Assembly: GCA_030295235.1 (NCBI GenBank)
Contig: AP026136.1
Location: 682,001-746,000, forward strand
Source: Fistulifera solaris
Taxonomy: Eukaryota
Length of the DNA: 64,000 nucleotides
Reading direction: 5' to 3'
Positions within the stretch are counted from its first letter, which is position 1, and each line of letters begins with the position of its first letter. A program made the translations under genes and the position numbers. Positions 35,372-49,638 of this stretch are shown one piece after another. The notes under the pieces are model-generated. The model saw nothing but the letters and a program-made list of their open reading frames with translations, was not told the DNA's origin and made no database searches.

Positions 35372-38300
35372 TCAGAATCGTCGATTCAACCGCTGCTCAG
35401 CATCGTACCGACGCCTCGAAGCGCTATCACCTAACACCTCGTAGGCCAATTTGACGCGTCGAAATTGTTCGACTGCGCCTTCTTCGCTGTTCTTGTCGGG
35501 ATGGTATTTCAGCGCGAGTTTACGGAATGCTTTCTTGATCTCATCGTCACTTGCATTGACATTGACATTCAACACTTGATAATGGGAAGGCGAGGGAGGA
35601 GGCCGAGAACTCGTTCCTGATGAGTTGGATTGATTGCGACCATTTTGATGTCGGTTTTGGTCTCGAGGTGTCCCTTGTTGTTGCCAAGGTTTCCCTTTAC
35701 TCTGTCCTGCACGAGGTCCTCTAGAATTGAAACTGTCCCATCGGCGAGAGTTGTCATTCTGATACCATTCGTCTCGTCGTTGTTGAGCATTAGAGCCCGA
35801 GTGCTGCCAATGTCTTGCCCCTCCATTCGCTGGAAATGTATCCTGCCACCGAGTACGATCGCGTCGACGCTCAGCATCCTCTCTCGCGGCAGCATCTGCT
35901 TGCCTTTTCGCCTTATAAACGTCATCCAATTCTTTTTGAACTTGAGTAAAATCGGTTTCGGTTACGTCTCGAGGCCCATCAAAAAGGCAGGGAGTAACAA
36001 AATCAGTCGATGAAATTGGTTTCCCTCGCACCTCATTTACCATGTCCACATAGCGTTTATATTCGGAAATAGCTTCTTGGTAGCGCTGTAAGCGCATATA
36101 GCAACGTGCGCGTCTCAACATGGCTTTCATGTATCGTGTGTGAATCCTTATCGCTTTGGTACAATCCTCAATGGCTTCGGGGAAACGATTCAGTGCCATG
36201 AGACATGCCGCGCGATTGCAGTGCAACACGGCGTGTAAGCGGCCTCCAGCGTCGTCATCGCTAGGCCCATTGTGCAGTCCCCTGGGTAAATCTTCCTTGT
36301 CAATAAGCAAACATGAAGCGTACTGAATGGCAGCCGCTTCAAAGTCCCCTGCGCGGAATAACTCGTCACCTCGTTCTCGAAAAGCTTTAGTGCGATCTAA
36401 TTTACTCCGCTCAGTCTTCAATAATGATTGCAGGTTCTGAAGAACAGATGAGTTACGGGAGCAGACTGTATGTCTTATCGAATCCTCCATAGATCGCAAG
36501 GCACAGTCGGCCGCCGGGTACCTTTCTTCCAACCTTAGCGCACGCAAGTAGTAGGGAAGTACCGAAGAAGGCATTCTCAGGACAGCCTCGGCAACAGCTC
36601 TAGAACTCAGCTTTAATTCAGCTGTAAGCGCATCCTCCTCTCTACTCTCGCCAAAGAAGCCGGGCAGAAGAATGTTGATTGGTGGTATGTTAGGGAATGG
36701 ATTTTGTGGCAGAAGATTATCTTCATAGATGCATTCCAATTTTGCGTTGTTCGCAGCCAGCCTCTCGCAAAAACCAGCGATCTCTCGCCAGCGTTTCAAA
36801 AAAGCGAGAAGATTCACTTTGCTTCCCATGAGTTTTTCGGAAGCGGTCGCATAAGAAAGGGCAATGTTGACATGGCCCAAGGTTTCAATCACAAGATTCT
36901 TGTCGGAACTGCGAGTCATCGTTCTACTAATGCAGGCGGAAATTTTCTCACAAAGATGGTCAAGCCGTCTGACATCAGTTTGGCCAAGGGCGGCTTCGGT
37001 TGACATCTGCTTCAACAAGGTGAGGTTCTGGGCGTGTGAGCTACTCGTATGGTACTTCTCGCTGAAACGCGATGCCTCCTCTGACGTGTTGATTGCATCT
37101 TGAAAAGCGTCTATTGATAGCGAGCATTCGCCTCGCTTTAACAACGCTCTAGCACGCCGGATGTGAACTTTGATTTTGAGAAGCAATCCGCTATCACTAG
37201 AGAATGGGACGTGTGGTGCTGGTGATGAAATACTCATCAGTGCTATATCACAATCGTTCACGGCGGCATGGGCTGCTCCAATCATGAGTAAACAAGCGGC
37301 TCGATTGGATAGAAGAATAGCCAGAACATCGTTTGGTAACACAAATGAGGCTTCTTGGTAAAGCTTAACAGCTTCAGTGTACAGTCGAATGGAAGCGAAA
37401 TAGTCCCCGGACATGTAAGCCGACTTTCCCAACTCGCGTTTCACTCCTATAAGAGACATGTAGTGCGATGACTTTGTTGGCAATTCCGGAATAGTTTGCT
37501 CATCCGGTGAATCAAATTCTGCCGGACCACCCTCTACAGACGGCGTGGAATCCCGCGAGGCGCTAAGCGAAGAATTTCTCGCATCATCCTTCGAACTATT
37601 GGCGCGCAAAGTTCTCGCAGATGAGCGACGAGACCCCGCAGTACGAGAATTGAAAGCGCTTCTTCCCACTTTCAGAACCTAACGTAAACACAATAGGTTG
37701 CGAGTCTGTGGGCTTTGCGGTAAATGGTGTCTGTTGCATCGAAATGTCGGACGGCGACGGTTGCTGGGGAATCCCATTCCAGTTCTGGGGGCTATCAACA
37801 TCCATTGGAGAGAGAAATGGCGAACGAGCCTGCGCAGCCGCCGAAGCAAATGTAATGTTAGCACCAGGAGTAGAAACCGTCGGATGGTTCGCCTGAAACA
37901 ATGGCGTATCATCTGTACTAGTGGGAATGGAAAATGTTTGGGACGTGCCAAAGGTAAATGGCTTTTGTTGCCGGCTGGGCTTGTGCAAGCGTTTTCGGTT
38001 GCGAGTGCTGTTCAGATTCAAATGAAAATCAACTTGCGGTAAAGCAGATGACCCCGATGGCAATGCTGTTTCCGAATTGAGATTAAAAATCGAAGCACTG
38101 GGCAAGGCGTTACGTTGTTCAGGTTTCGCTGTCCCGAAAGTAAAAGACTGGTTTCCATTTGCAGATGCCCCGAAAGGATTCACAAATTCAGGAACATTCG
38201 TTTCTGGACTGTATTTTCGTCGATGTTTACCCGCTCCCGTTTTGAATGTCGCCTCTGGCCTATTAATGTCTGACGCGTTGTTTGTCGTCTGAAAGGATGG

Positions 38301-39577
38301 TTTTGGTGTTTTAAGGTCAGTTTCGCGCATACTAGACGAAAACGAACCAAAAACTGGGAACGGCATATTGAGCGGAGCCGGCTCAGGTCTTATCTCAGTT
38401 TTCCATAGATTAGGTTCAGAATTAGTCGCGCTTGCACCGGGGCTTGGATCGGCATCTGGGTGATTGCGCATTGGAGACTCTGAGCGATTGCGAGCACGAA
38501 TGGGAGGCCGCACAGTTGTGACGTCATCTGTTGTGTCTGTCGTGCTGCAGCTCGCTGTTAATGGTTGATGCATTGCCTCTTCATTCTCCGTTCTCCTTCC
38601 CACCGGCGTCCTGCTGCGAGAGCGTGAAGCACCAAAACCTCCAGTTTCACTTCTTACTGTAACGTGTGGTGACCGTGCAGGTGACGCCGCCCGAAATTCG
38701 CACGGACTTGATTCTTCTTGCAATCCAGGTCTTGGAGAAGATGTTCGAGATGGAGGTCTAGGAGAAGATGCCCGAGATGGAGGCTGGAACGATGTGTCAA
38801 TCCCATCGTCGCTGTTCGGTTTCCCATGCGTTCGAGTCCCCGTAGCATTATCACCAACTGGAGTCTTGTCGCGTAGATGTGTAGACTCCGGCAGTTGGCT
38901 ACGCTGCAAAGCATGCGGTGAGCGAGAAGCAGCTCGCAATTCACGTGAGTCGTCCAATTCTTGCAGTCCAGGCCTCGGTGATGCGGTGCGCGATGGTGCC
39001 TGTCTCGTTATTTTGGGGCTTTGCTCACCGGACAGAGGGTCGACAATGGTAGGCGACCGACGGCCAAGATTCATTGAGAATTGTTCTTCCCCTACGTTTT
39101 TATTTCCATGTAGACCGTTGGTATTGATTGGCGACACATTGCTCTGCTTCCCAACACTATGCATTGGGGATTTCGATCGGAGATTCTCTGTAATTCCATT
39201 GCTGTTATTATATGTGGAAGCTTTGAAAGGCGATCTACCGGTCCCGTTTGTCATGATAAAAGCACCGTCCGTATTACTGATCGCTCGTGTGGTCAGCGGG
39301 ACGACGGGAGAAGCTGATGGGTTGTCAATGGATCCTCGAACATCGCGACTCGGAGTCTGCTTTTTGTCTCTGCCTCATGACTCCCAGAGCGATGATTCTG
39401 CTCGAGATGTAACTGCTGAAACTGCATTGCTAGCTGCTTGTAGGCAGACTTATTCATGTCAACACCGAGTTTTTCCCGTAGCGCGTCCGCAAGCAGGTCG
39501 ATCCGTTCATCATCTGTTTGATGGTTCGTCAAGCGGATTGATTCCATGAGGGAGCATAAGTCGTTTCCTTCCGCCAT
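35372..39577 (-). CDS. TPR + C-terminal J-domain co-chaperone (DNAJC7-like) with long disordered N-terminus
   Basis: TPR motifs ([24 protein letters not shown]) and J domain [21 protein letters not shown]. Upstream S/P/R-rich ORFs are joined by apparent frameshifts (~39290, ~37660), so the 5' extent is less certain. Confidence 0.8.
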
Positions 39578-40069
39578 TTTCTCCCCAACTTGCTCTATCC
39601 TCTATATCAACTGAACAAATAAAGTGATCTTTTTAAAAGTGAGGTGCAAAAGACGCCACTTTAAGTGGCAAAGGTTACTCGACTGTATATCGACCCTTTT
39701 GCTTGACGAGAGCTGTTCGATAAAGCAAGGTTTTTGGAGCTGCGCTTTCACGTCTGTTGTCTGCAGTACGAAATTCCTATGTCTGAAAACCGGGACAAAA
39801 TGAATGGTACTCTTCGTTAAATGAGACAAATTGTTGCTTTCCATTAAAATTAAGTTTAGAACGTCCTTTCATTGTATTTAATGATATTTTAATCCGTTAA
39901 CGCCCTAACAGGTAATAAGATGTTTTTTATCTACATTCCCTTCTTTCTCACTCTCCTACCTTGTACGAAAAAAAGTTTTCTGGTGATGGTGCTCACAAAC
40001 GAAAACGAAGTACAACTACCTCCTTCAAAAACTTTTCACCTTCCACGACACTATTATAGAATTGTAAGG

Positions 40070-41612
40070 ATGTTTCAGACCGTCGCTCGAACAGGACGAA
40101 AATTGATTTCCCGCCGACGTCTATTACCAGCTCTTTCGGCTTCCATCGACAATAACTTCAAAGCATCGGCGTTTCCACAACAGTTCTCGTTCCTCCTCCA
40201 TTATCATCAAAAAAGAATGGTGCAAGGTGTCACAATCGCAAACAATTGCATCGTCAATACGAACCCAGCCAACGGGGAAATCATCAGCCGGGTGCCATGT
40301 ACCACGAAAGAAGAATTAGAAAGAACATTGTCGGCGTCCTGTGGCGCGCAGCCGCAATGGGCCGCCACTTCTTTGACGGATCGTATCCGATTACTCCGCA
40401 AAGGACTCGAAGCCATTGCCGCCAAGAAAGATGCATTCGTTGATATGATCGTTCAGGAAATGGGAAAACCAATAACAGAAGCCCGAGTGGAAGTGGAAGG
40501 ATCCGTGAGTCGTGACGAGTATTTTAGAGTGCTACAAGATGCTTTGGAACCTAAGAAACGAGGCAAAAACTGTCAAGTGGTTCGACAACCCTTAGGAGTT
40601 GTCGCTATCTTAAGTCCCTGGAACTTTCCTGTCGACGAAATACTGTTACTGGCTTTGCCTGCCCTCGCCTCTGGCAATGCCGTTCTAGTGAAGCCGTCAG
40701 AAGTTACGCCAGAGACGGGTGCCATGGTTGTGGAAGCCTTGTCCTCTGTTTTACCACCGTATGTTGTGCAGCTTGCGCAAGGCGATGGAAAAATTGGGTC
40801 GCAAATCGTGGCACATCCGCTGGTTTCCATGGTGGCAATGACGGGGAGCTCATCGACCGGAAAGAAAATACTGCAGACATGTGCCGCCTCACCCACTATC
40901 AAGCGCTTAGTACTTGAGTTGGGAGGTAAAGATCCGATGGTCGTTTTTGATGATGCTGATTTGGAGCAAGCTGCCTCGGATGCCGTCACTTATTCGTTGA
41001 GTAACACAGGGCAGGTATGCTGCTCAATCGAGCGCGTGTATGTGGCACTGAGTATTTACGAGGACTTTTGCGAGCGCGTTGTTGGCCATGCCGAAACTTT
41101 CAAAGTAGGCGATGGGCGCGATCCAACGGTCAAAGTAGGGCCCATGGTGTCATCTATTCAGCTCGAAATTGTCAAGGAGCATGTCAAGGATGCTGTAGAG
41201 AAAGGTGCAAAATTACTTTACCAAAGTCCACAAATGACGGAAGGTACCTTTCATCCGGTTACTGTTCTTTCCAGAGGTGACAGACCAGATGAAAGTATAC
41301 AGGGAGGAGACGTTTGGTCCCATCGTATCATTGATACCTTTTGATGGCACCGAATCGAGTGCGACTAGACTAGCCAACGATAGTCAATATGGATTGGCTA
41401 GTTCTGTCTACACGAAAGATCTTGTGAAGGCTGAGCGAGTTGCGAACTCAATCCACGCAGGTCAAGTTGGAATCAACTGCTATAGCATTGAGAACATGGA
41501 TGTAGGTTGTCCCTGGGTTGGGCACAAGCAGTCGGGCTACGGATACCATTCCGGCCCTGAGGGGTTTCAGCAATTTTCGGTGCCCAAGTCGATTGTGTTT
41601 AACCCGAAATAA
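40070..41612 (+). CDS. NAD(P)-dependent aldehyde dehydrogenase (SSADH-like)
   Basis: SPWNFP, VKPSE, MTGSSSTG, LELGGKDP, GQVCCS, EETFGP, YGLASSV. One-base frameshift at ~41272. Confidence 0.92.
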
Positions 41613-41707
41613 ATTAGTCGCTGTCTGAAAAGGCGGTTCACCAGCTGATTCCTTACGTTTGACAAGGTTTGTGAGATGCTTGTCTTGTTGGCGACTTCTC
41701 GCTTCTC

Positions 41708-41995
41708 GCCACGATAACATGAGTCCTGAATCATGATATTTTCCGAGCCAGACAGCTTCCAAACCTTCGCTCGTTCGCCCGGCTTATTGAACTATAGTTT
41801 TTGAACCTTCGTCTTAGCACCCTTGTAATGCACGCTTCGATTATCATCGTCATACTGTAGTCTAATCCTTGCAGAAGCGATTTCTTTCATATTTACTATA
41901 TTTCTCATGCTTAGGCGACCTTTTTCCACGACTGCATTTCAGTCATGAATCAAATGTCATTCGAGCCGGACTGCCAACTATCTAACTTCGCTCGC
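41708..41995 (+). repeat. Dispersed repeat family, 2 units (~217-bp period)
   Basis: Exact 22-nt core at 41927-41948; degenerate unit at 41709 (ccacga..tgaatcatgat..ccgagccagac..cttcgctcg). Confidence 0.75.
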
Positions 41996-42253
41996 TGAGC
42001 AAGATTGTTGAGCTGAAATTGTATTATTTTTCCTTATGATTTGTTTAAAGATTTGCAAGGTTAGCATCCATTCTTTACTTCGAAGACGCTTAGGGATCAT
42101 CTTGTGTCAATGGTGACTTAAATCAAATGCAGTCCCGTAACACCATCGTTCCGCAATCAGTTCGGACGATCGAACACCGAACTCAAAGACTATCACGTTG
42201 CACAAACGAATCCTCGATGTACCAGCATCAAAATTGCGATCAATAATTGTATT

Positions 42254-42676
42254 ATGAGTAGCAACATTCCAAATTCGAGTAGCCCCGCTACTGGATCGAA
42301 TAGTCTTCCCGCGAGCGAGCCGAATCAAGGAAGGAGTATCGTGGCAACAGTAACTGAAACGGTCACAGCGACCCCCGCAGAAAGCGAGCAAACCGAAGTT
42401 CTTCAACTCACACTAAGGGCTCCACCTTCGGTAAGGTGGGATGAAAGCATCGTTGATAATGAAGGATTAGGACGAAAGTCATCGAAAAGATGCTGCATCT
42501 TTCACAAGCAGCGGGCGTTTGGGGAGAGTTCAACAGATTCCTCAGATGCTGAATCGGGTGATGATGGGGAAGATGGCGACGACGGCAAAGATAAGGCATC
42601 ACCCAGTAAACATCGCAAAATAGCTAGACCCAAAAAGAGTGACAATGTTCCTGATTTTCAGAGATTTCATGCATAG
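42254..42676 (+). CDS. PPP1R11: Protein phosphatase 1 inhibitor-3 (PPP1R11/Ypi1)
   Basis: [27 protein letters not shown] signature followed by an acidic tract. Confidence 0.92.
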   Translation: MSSNIPNSSSPATGSNSLPASEPNQGRSIVATVTETVTATPAESEQTEVLQLTLRAPPSVRWDESIVDNEGLGRKSSKRCCIFHKQRAFGESSTDSSDAESGDDGEDGDDGKDKASPSKHRKIARPKKSDNVPDFQRFHA

Positions 42677-43081
42677 GCGGATTTTTTCATCAGAAAAGAG
42701 ATTTATTGGTAATCTATAAACCATAATCCTTACTCCCGAAGTACACGTGGGCTTAATGTGTGCAGTGCTTACATTCGACCTATCATCTTGGAGCAGATGA
42801 TTTTCTTGCATTTACTTCAGCACTTTGATCGATCGTCGCTAAGCGAACTTGATGTAGAGGCACGATGCCAAGAGAATTTTCCACTGTAACTAGCAAGTTC
42901 ATTGTGCCGTACTTGTCCATGTCTTGCATTTGCTTTTTCAGTTCAATCAGTTTAGCCTAGAAAACATTGGTGAACTAATAAGATTTTTTATATGCGTAGT
43001 AAACAAGAGATAGAAAAAGTAGGGGGCACATTGACGCCGCTCACACAGTGTCATGCAAAATGTAGTACACAGACAGGGTTG

Positions 43082-45067
43082 TTAATTTTCGCACTTCACA
43101 GCCGGGGCCTTTTCATCTGTCACACTTTCATCCGAATCCACATCACCTTTGGAGGCTTCTTCCGAAGAGGAACAGGAAGAGTGGACAACATTAACAGCAG
43201 CAGGAACGGAGGCAGGAACCGCAAGACGAGGCATCTGCAGCGAATCCAAGATCGCATCAGCGGCTTTAGCGGCTTCGATATCCGCAGAGGCAGTGGCGTT
43301 ACCAGCAGCGGGATTCGACAAGGCAGCGCAGCGGAATAAGATCTTAGACGTGTCGAATGTCATCGATGCGGAGATCAATTTGTTCGACGCGGGGCTGAAT
43401 TTCCCTCGGACAACCCCCCTTCAGTGCGAGTTCGCATTGCGCGCCCTAATTGCATCAGCAAAAGATTGAGATCAGCCAATCGAGTCTACAATGTAAAATA
43501 TGAAAGCAAGACGACTTACCGTAGCAACTGCACCCGACGTCGAGGCTGTCCACTCAAGAAAACCATTACAGTCGTCCATGAAGAAATTCTTTCGATCGCA
43601 TACAAAATGAAATGAGATACAAGAACCTTTCACGTTCCCGAGCGTTTGGAGTAGTGAAGCAAATGCGCTGGACTCGGCCATGACTTCCGAAACTCCGCTC
43701 AGTACTGATTCCGCTATAATTTGTCCGCTCACAACAGGAACCGTGAACGTAAACTTATCTTCCAGGATAGCAGCCCATCGAGCAAAGTTTGCTTCGTTAC
43801 GACCACGCAGTTTAAGAAACTCTTCGAGAACTCGAAAACGAACTTCGCGCTGTTCTAGTTCTCGTTGAGCCGCTTGGCGCTTTTCGAGCTCCGATGCGTC
43901 TCTCTGAGCCACCAGCTCAGTGAGAGTTCGTTTGAGCTCTTCCACGTAAGCCTTCTTGCGAAGACGAGTGTTGCGTGCATGCTCACGGTTGCGATCTCGA
44001 TTTTGGCGTGCGCGTTCATCAGGCGTAAGGTTCTGACGACGCGACCGGTTGTTACCTTTCGCATCGCCTCCGTTCACTGAAGAATCAGAGGGCGCTTGAG
44101 AAGAGTTTGAGCACGCCGTCACCCAATTATTGCCAGTCAACGCCTTGACATGATCCGTGCTGATGTCCACTTTGTCGCCACCTACGATCAGCGGAGCCGA
44201 CACGACGACAGACTCTGGGTTCTTCGTTGATGTTGCATTCATCATCAAGTTAGATACAGCAACTTGAGCGATTGCGTGAAAATCAGAATCAGATTCAACT
44301 CTCGATACTGCATCATCCTTGGCAAAAGTCGACGGAGCACCAGGGGCGGCTTTCATGGCGGAAGACCTCTTGTCGTCCGGCTTCAATAGCCCTTTCGGAA
44401 CCTCAGCTACTGCCGGAACTTCAGGTAGATCATCCAAAGGATCGGGCGTATTGCCTTTTGCCTTTTTGGCGGTGTCAGGCTTGGCAGCGACCGCCCCTTT
44501 CGTCTTAGAAGCTGGTGCTGCTGCCGTGGCAGGAGCCTTCTTCGAAGAAGTGGATGATACACGTCGAGCTGGTTTCGGTGCGGTGGCTTTTCGTTTCGCT
44601 GCTGGTTGCGCCGAGGACACAAACGATGTCCTTTTCTTGGTTCCCTTCATTGACGGCAAATCGTCAGGGGGGACCGAGTTTCCTTGAGTTCACCGGAAGG
44701 ATGTAACAGAGACGTCAGGTCACTGAATGATGTAGAGGGTCGAAATGCGCCCAAACCATCATCCATAGCAGCAGCTGCGGCAGCAATTTGCACAGCTTCG
44801 TCGTTTTCCATGTGGCCATCGTGACAGCCTGGAGAGAGGATGTGGGGGATATCTGAAAGAAGGTGTTAGCTGTGTGATACTTTCTGTGACATTCGGTGCT
44901 GAAGACATAAGTATCTTACCATTGGAGTTCCCATCATCAGCTGCGGAAGTGTTATAGATGTCGATCAATTCGTCCCCAAATAGTTCTCCTTCGAAAAGAT
45001 CCGAAGTAGACACAATAGTGGGCAGAGAGACTCCGTTGCCGTCAACAGATGGCCACTCAATGGACAT
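43082..45067 (-). CDS. bZIP transcription factor with C-terminal globular domain
   Basis: RARQNRDRNREHARNTRLRKKAYVEELKRTL basic region and zipper. Introns 44919-44853 and 43519-43446; single-base frameshifts at ~44690 and ~43416. Confidence 0.88.
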
Positions 45068-46778
45068 GATCGATTAATGAGTTAAGGATGCTATTTGAAA
45101 CAGGGCGATTTGCGTGATGTTTGTAAAGATTTTAAGGAGAACCGAAGGGAGATCTTTTGGGTTCCCAAATTCGCGGATGTAGCAAGTAGTGGTAGTTGGT
45201 TTCGTCTTTAAAAGAATGGTCCAGCAAGTTTTGGTCTTTCGGCTTGGCAGGTGTTTGCTGGGATAATTCTGTTGAGAGAAAGGAAAAGTCAAAGGCATGT
45301 TAGATAAAGTGGGTCGAACCGAATCTATGAGTCGAGAAAATGCCTCTGAAGATTCAACTCGGCAAACAACATATGTTTCCTCTTCCCACAACCAAACGAC
45401 ATCAAGTGTGCAAGTAACGATATACAAAAGAATAGCTAAATGAACGGGACGACTTTCGGATTCGAACAAACTCTTTGGCTCATCATGGCAATTGATGGTT
45501 CGTGGGAGGAAGCCGCGTAGGTTTCTACGTGAAAGCAATGAAATTGATGGAGGCCTTCGACAAACTTACACTTTTCAAACAAGGGGCGGGAAGCGGCGTG
45601 TGATGAGAGAATTAGAGTGATGAATGAATGGAGTGAAATGGTGCTAAGCTCATGAATTAGCTGTTGCCTTGCTAACTCCGGCTTCTTGATGGGTGCGATG
45701 TGGTTCAACAAAAACAAGCTCTTTTTTATGCAACGGCATAGCGGCGTTGTTGTGTAGACGGATCGGTTCGATCGCCGTCTGTAAAAGCCACGTAGCATTT
45801 GTACCGAGAAAATCATCCAGATTTCGAGTGAAAATGATTTCTTTCCCAAGAGCATGACTGGGTGTACTTCGAAATGACGTTTTTCAGTCGAGACCGTCTT
45901 TTGTCCAATCAAAAGACACCAAGACATCAAACAAAGAATGCAATTCGGTTTTTCGTCTCTCGATCTACTTTTTAGCTATAGACAGAGCGAATTTTAGAAC
46001 CAAAAACGATACTATACACTCGTAATGTAGTTTACCTCCGAAAGGTAATGCGACAAGGTGGACAAAAAGTGACGAAACTCCACTATCACTTGTTTAGTGC
46101 TGATGTCATTTTTTGCCACATACCCTCAAAACAATGGCCCAGAATGTGGCACAGTGGAGAAACTGATCCCCCTGGATATCGTGGTCCAATCAAAATTAAC
46201 CACGATCACGATTATGTACACGTCACTAATTCCTTCCTCATCATCCAGGGAGAATTGCCTCGCCTTCTGACCAGAACGAGTTGCCGCTATGAAGAAGATG
46301 AAACGATGAAACTGCACCCGTTTCAACCGCTACTTCAACATTCGGTGTCTGACTCACCTTCCCCTTCCCACTTCCCATTGTATTTCAATCCAACCCCCAT
46401 CTCTATCCTTATTTCGTTAACTCTTTGTTCAACCTTGCACTGAAAGACGATTTGTGAATAGGTAGGTCTCGTAGAAAGTTGTACCAGCGTTGTAGAAGGT
46501 TCATGTTTTAAAGTTGTAGTTCTCGTTTTGTCGGGACAGAAATCTTCAATAACAACTAGACTCGGCTCAATCTAGAAATTAGAGGTATCAAGGAATTAGA
46601 GTTGACGATGATCTCGTTCTCGACTGAGAAGCAAACCAAAATAGACAGCAGACGAGAGAACGGGCAGCTTGCTGCTTGTCAGAACAATACGTAAGACAGG
46701 GCAGAACCGAGAGAAAGTCAGTCAAAGACTCGCTAGAGAGAAGAAATCGTTTATCAGCTATAAAGGAATGGGACTTAA

Positions 46779-49136
46779 TTAAGTACCGAACAGAGCTTCC
46801 TCGAGCCTCTTCACCCAAATACTCTCCACTTTCTGATTGATCCAGCAATTGCAAAAATTTCCTGATTCGTCGACAAACAGGTTTTCTTGGTGAATAGTAT
46901 CATTGAATATCGTTGACTCCGGACAAGCTCGACCCACTGCGCAGCCACGATGCTGCTTGCCACCTCGGCAGTTCGCACTTCTAGTCATCGTTTCATAAGG
47001 TAGAACAGATTTAGTATGCACCAGCACACCCTCATTCAGTTCATCCAAGAATCTGTCACCCCATTCGTAATCATGAACGCGACGAGAAAATGGCCGGTCA
47101 CTGCCGTAGACCCAGTCTTTGTGGTAGCGGGCAATATCTTTCGTTATGGTCGAATAATGGACAAAGTGACTGAGCACAAACGACGGCTGGTAAATCTGCT
47201 TCATAGCTCTAGCGAATCTATCAGGACGCGGAGGCTTAATGTAATCGCAGTTGTACACACGTAAAAAAGTTTCATTTCTTCTGGGAACAAGGCATGGATC
47301 AAGAGGATCTTTCCGTTTTCTTTGCGGTTCGATTCCGCAATCATTTTGGTCCGCCAATTCTTCCATCAAATCTTCGCGTGGACGACCTCTGCTGCTTTTC
47401 ATTTTCAACACTTTTGTTTGTGGAGATGATTGCATGATATTAGTTAGAAGATCTTTCCAGGTGCCGTTTATCATGGGAACAAGGTACTCGTCTGTATCGA
47501 TGAACGCCATCCAATGTGTGGAAGGTCCATATCGCTCCCGGCAGCTGCTTTCAGCCGCATACTAAAGAGAACGCATTACAACCTGTAATGAGGACGATGT
47601 ATAATGAAGCTAGAACAAATAACGGAGCATCACAGCACTCACCTGGGAACTACGCTCACCCGGATTCTTATTGTTTGGACGGTTATTGTTGCATACTTTG
47701 AAGGGCCATGGGTTATACGTCACAAAATCGGGAAATGAGCTCGTGATTTGCTTCAAGGATGCATGAACTTCATCGTCTTCGACAGAAATCTGACTGTTGT
47801 CGTAGATGACAATGTGATCAACTCCAGCCAGTTTATGGAACATGATCCATTCTCGCAATCGTGTTGGTGCGTCAGTCACCGCAATTCGATCACCGCGCCG
47901 GTGGTAAGAAGCAGCAGTCCACGTACAGAGAACAAGTGTATGCTTTTTACCCACAATCTTGTCATGTTCATTTCTGGCGATTTCATGGCTCGATGGAATA
48001 GATGCGTCGGAGGGACAAATCGGTAGATTGGCGATTCGTCCTGAATCAGCCGGATCTGGCAGAAAGTGACTATCACCGAACGCTTTTAGTGTGTCAAAAG
48101 GTTTGAGATTTTGAAATTCATCATGGCCTACATGCAACTCTCCAAGAAGGCGCTCTCCGTGGCGTGCCAGAGTTCGAATGGGAATCAAGTCCATCCAGAA
48201 ATGAATTCGATAATTATGCACTTTCATAGAGTTTCGAAACGCTACGGGCACGGGGCACGAGAACAACAACTGCGAGAATTCGAACAATCCGACATCCGGA
48301 CCCTCGAAAGAAAACATACTTTGTTCTCGATGCTTTCGCCAATTGATGTATTCGTAATTGAACGGGTATTCCGAGAAGGAGACTTCTGAATTGCCTTTGT
48401 CGTCGTGGAATCGACAAATGAAACGGGTTTCCCGCACAGTAGCTTCCTCCAAAGAGGACAATCGATATTCATTGTTTCCTACAATTTGAATGGGCAAGGG
48501 TTGAAACAACGCCATTTGTGGTTCCCAAAACTTCATTTCCGATTCTTTCCCTTGCCCCGTATCGCACCTCCGTCGATTTTGCGCCACAAACTTCACCGAC
48601 CAGCTTTTATTACCAACACTCGTATCCACAAAATAGTCGTGAATCCAAGGTAAGAAAGGATCCGACTCGGGAAATTCGTCAGTGGGAAACTGTATCAAAA
48701 AGCCGTTGGTGCAATTAACGCGTGCCTGCGGGAATTCTATTTTCTGCAAAATATCCGCACTCGTTTGTCGCATCGGAAGAGGCTTTGTGTCGCTCATGGT
48801 GCTGGGCGGCTCTAAATAAAATGTGAGGACTTTCTTGTTGCTTAAATTCGAAGGATGTTCTACTTTCGCTTGTGCACTATTCGTCGTTACCCCTTGGACC
48901 TCCATTTTGTGGACGATCATGTTCCTTTTGCTCTCCCGACGGCCATTGTCAAAATGTCCCTTATCTGCGGGAACGTGCTCTTCCGGTTTTTGATAGTGTA
49001 TCAGTGTAACGTTGAGATTCATCCATGCCAAAAAGCAGACCAGAAAAACGCCACCCGTACATCTTCTCAAACAGAAACGAAGACAGGCCGTCCTCCGCAA
49101 GAGTCCTTGTCGTGCTTTCTGAGCAGGTAAAACCAT
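46779..49136 (-). CDS. GT92/DUF23-like glycosyltransferase, type II membrane protein
   Basis: N-terminal TM helix; LREWIMFHKLAGVDHIVIYDNS; QYAAESSCRERY (intron 47642-47562); WMAFIDTDEYLVP DxD motif. Confidence 0.85.
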
Positions 49137-49296
49137 ACTGCATGATTGTGAAAACTATATGCTCGAGAATAGGACAGCAAGATATATAAATAGGAGATGA
49201 ACAGGAAATATTAGATTGATGAAAGAAAATGGACAAAGTTTCATTAAAATGAGAGCTGTGCTGCGAGGCGAATGATAATCCTGGGGATCGGCGCGA

Positions 49297-49638
49297 CCAC
49301 AGAAAAGCTGGGAATGTGGTGTTTTCACATCACCAGAAAATCTGGGTTGTTATGTCGTCACGTTCCCAGAAAATTTGGGTGACTGGTATTTTCACGTTTC
49401 CGGAAAATCTGGGGATTTGATTTTTCACATAGGCGAGTGGTGTTTTGATGTCCCCAGAAATCTGGGAGTGGGTTTTTCAAATCCCAAGAAAATCTGGGGG
49501 TGTATTTTACACGTGCCAAGAAAAAATGGGCAAGTTGTAAAATCTGGGGGTGTGACGTTTTCACGGCGAAGAAAACTTGGGCGAGTGCGTGTTTTTACGT
49601 CCCCAGAAAATCAGAGAGTGTGATGTTTTCACGTGCCC
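49297..49638. repeat. Degenerate ~33-bp tandem repeat array (~10 units)
   Basis: Units start near 49301, 49335, 49368, 49402, 49456, 49487, 49519, 49537, 49570 and 49605. Consensus ~AGAAAATCTGGGNGTGTGNTGTTTTCACGTNCCC. Confidence 0.9.

Noticed and set aside
38734..38785. 27-bp tandem duplication ([18 protein letters not shown]) in the DNAJC7-like N-terminus
   Set aside because: Ordinary short repeat in a disordered S/P/R-rich region.
38794..39549. 251-aa plus-strand ORF and similar antisense ORFs throughout the window
   Set aside because: Shadow frames of real genes on the opposite strand.
43082..45067. Aureochrome (bZIP-LOV)
   Set aside because: No GRNCRFLQ LOV motif.
45074..46443. ORFs of 131-164 aa upstream of the bZIP gene
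   Set aside because: No domain signal or coding-like composition; more likely a long 5' UTR or promoter.
49297..49638. CRISPR array next to an RT
   Set aside because: Units are degenerate along their whole length with no unique spacers, there are no cas genes, the context is eukaryotic, and the RT is of non-LTR type.
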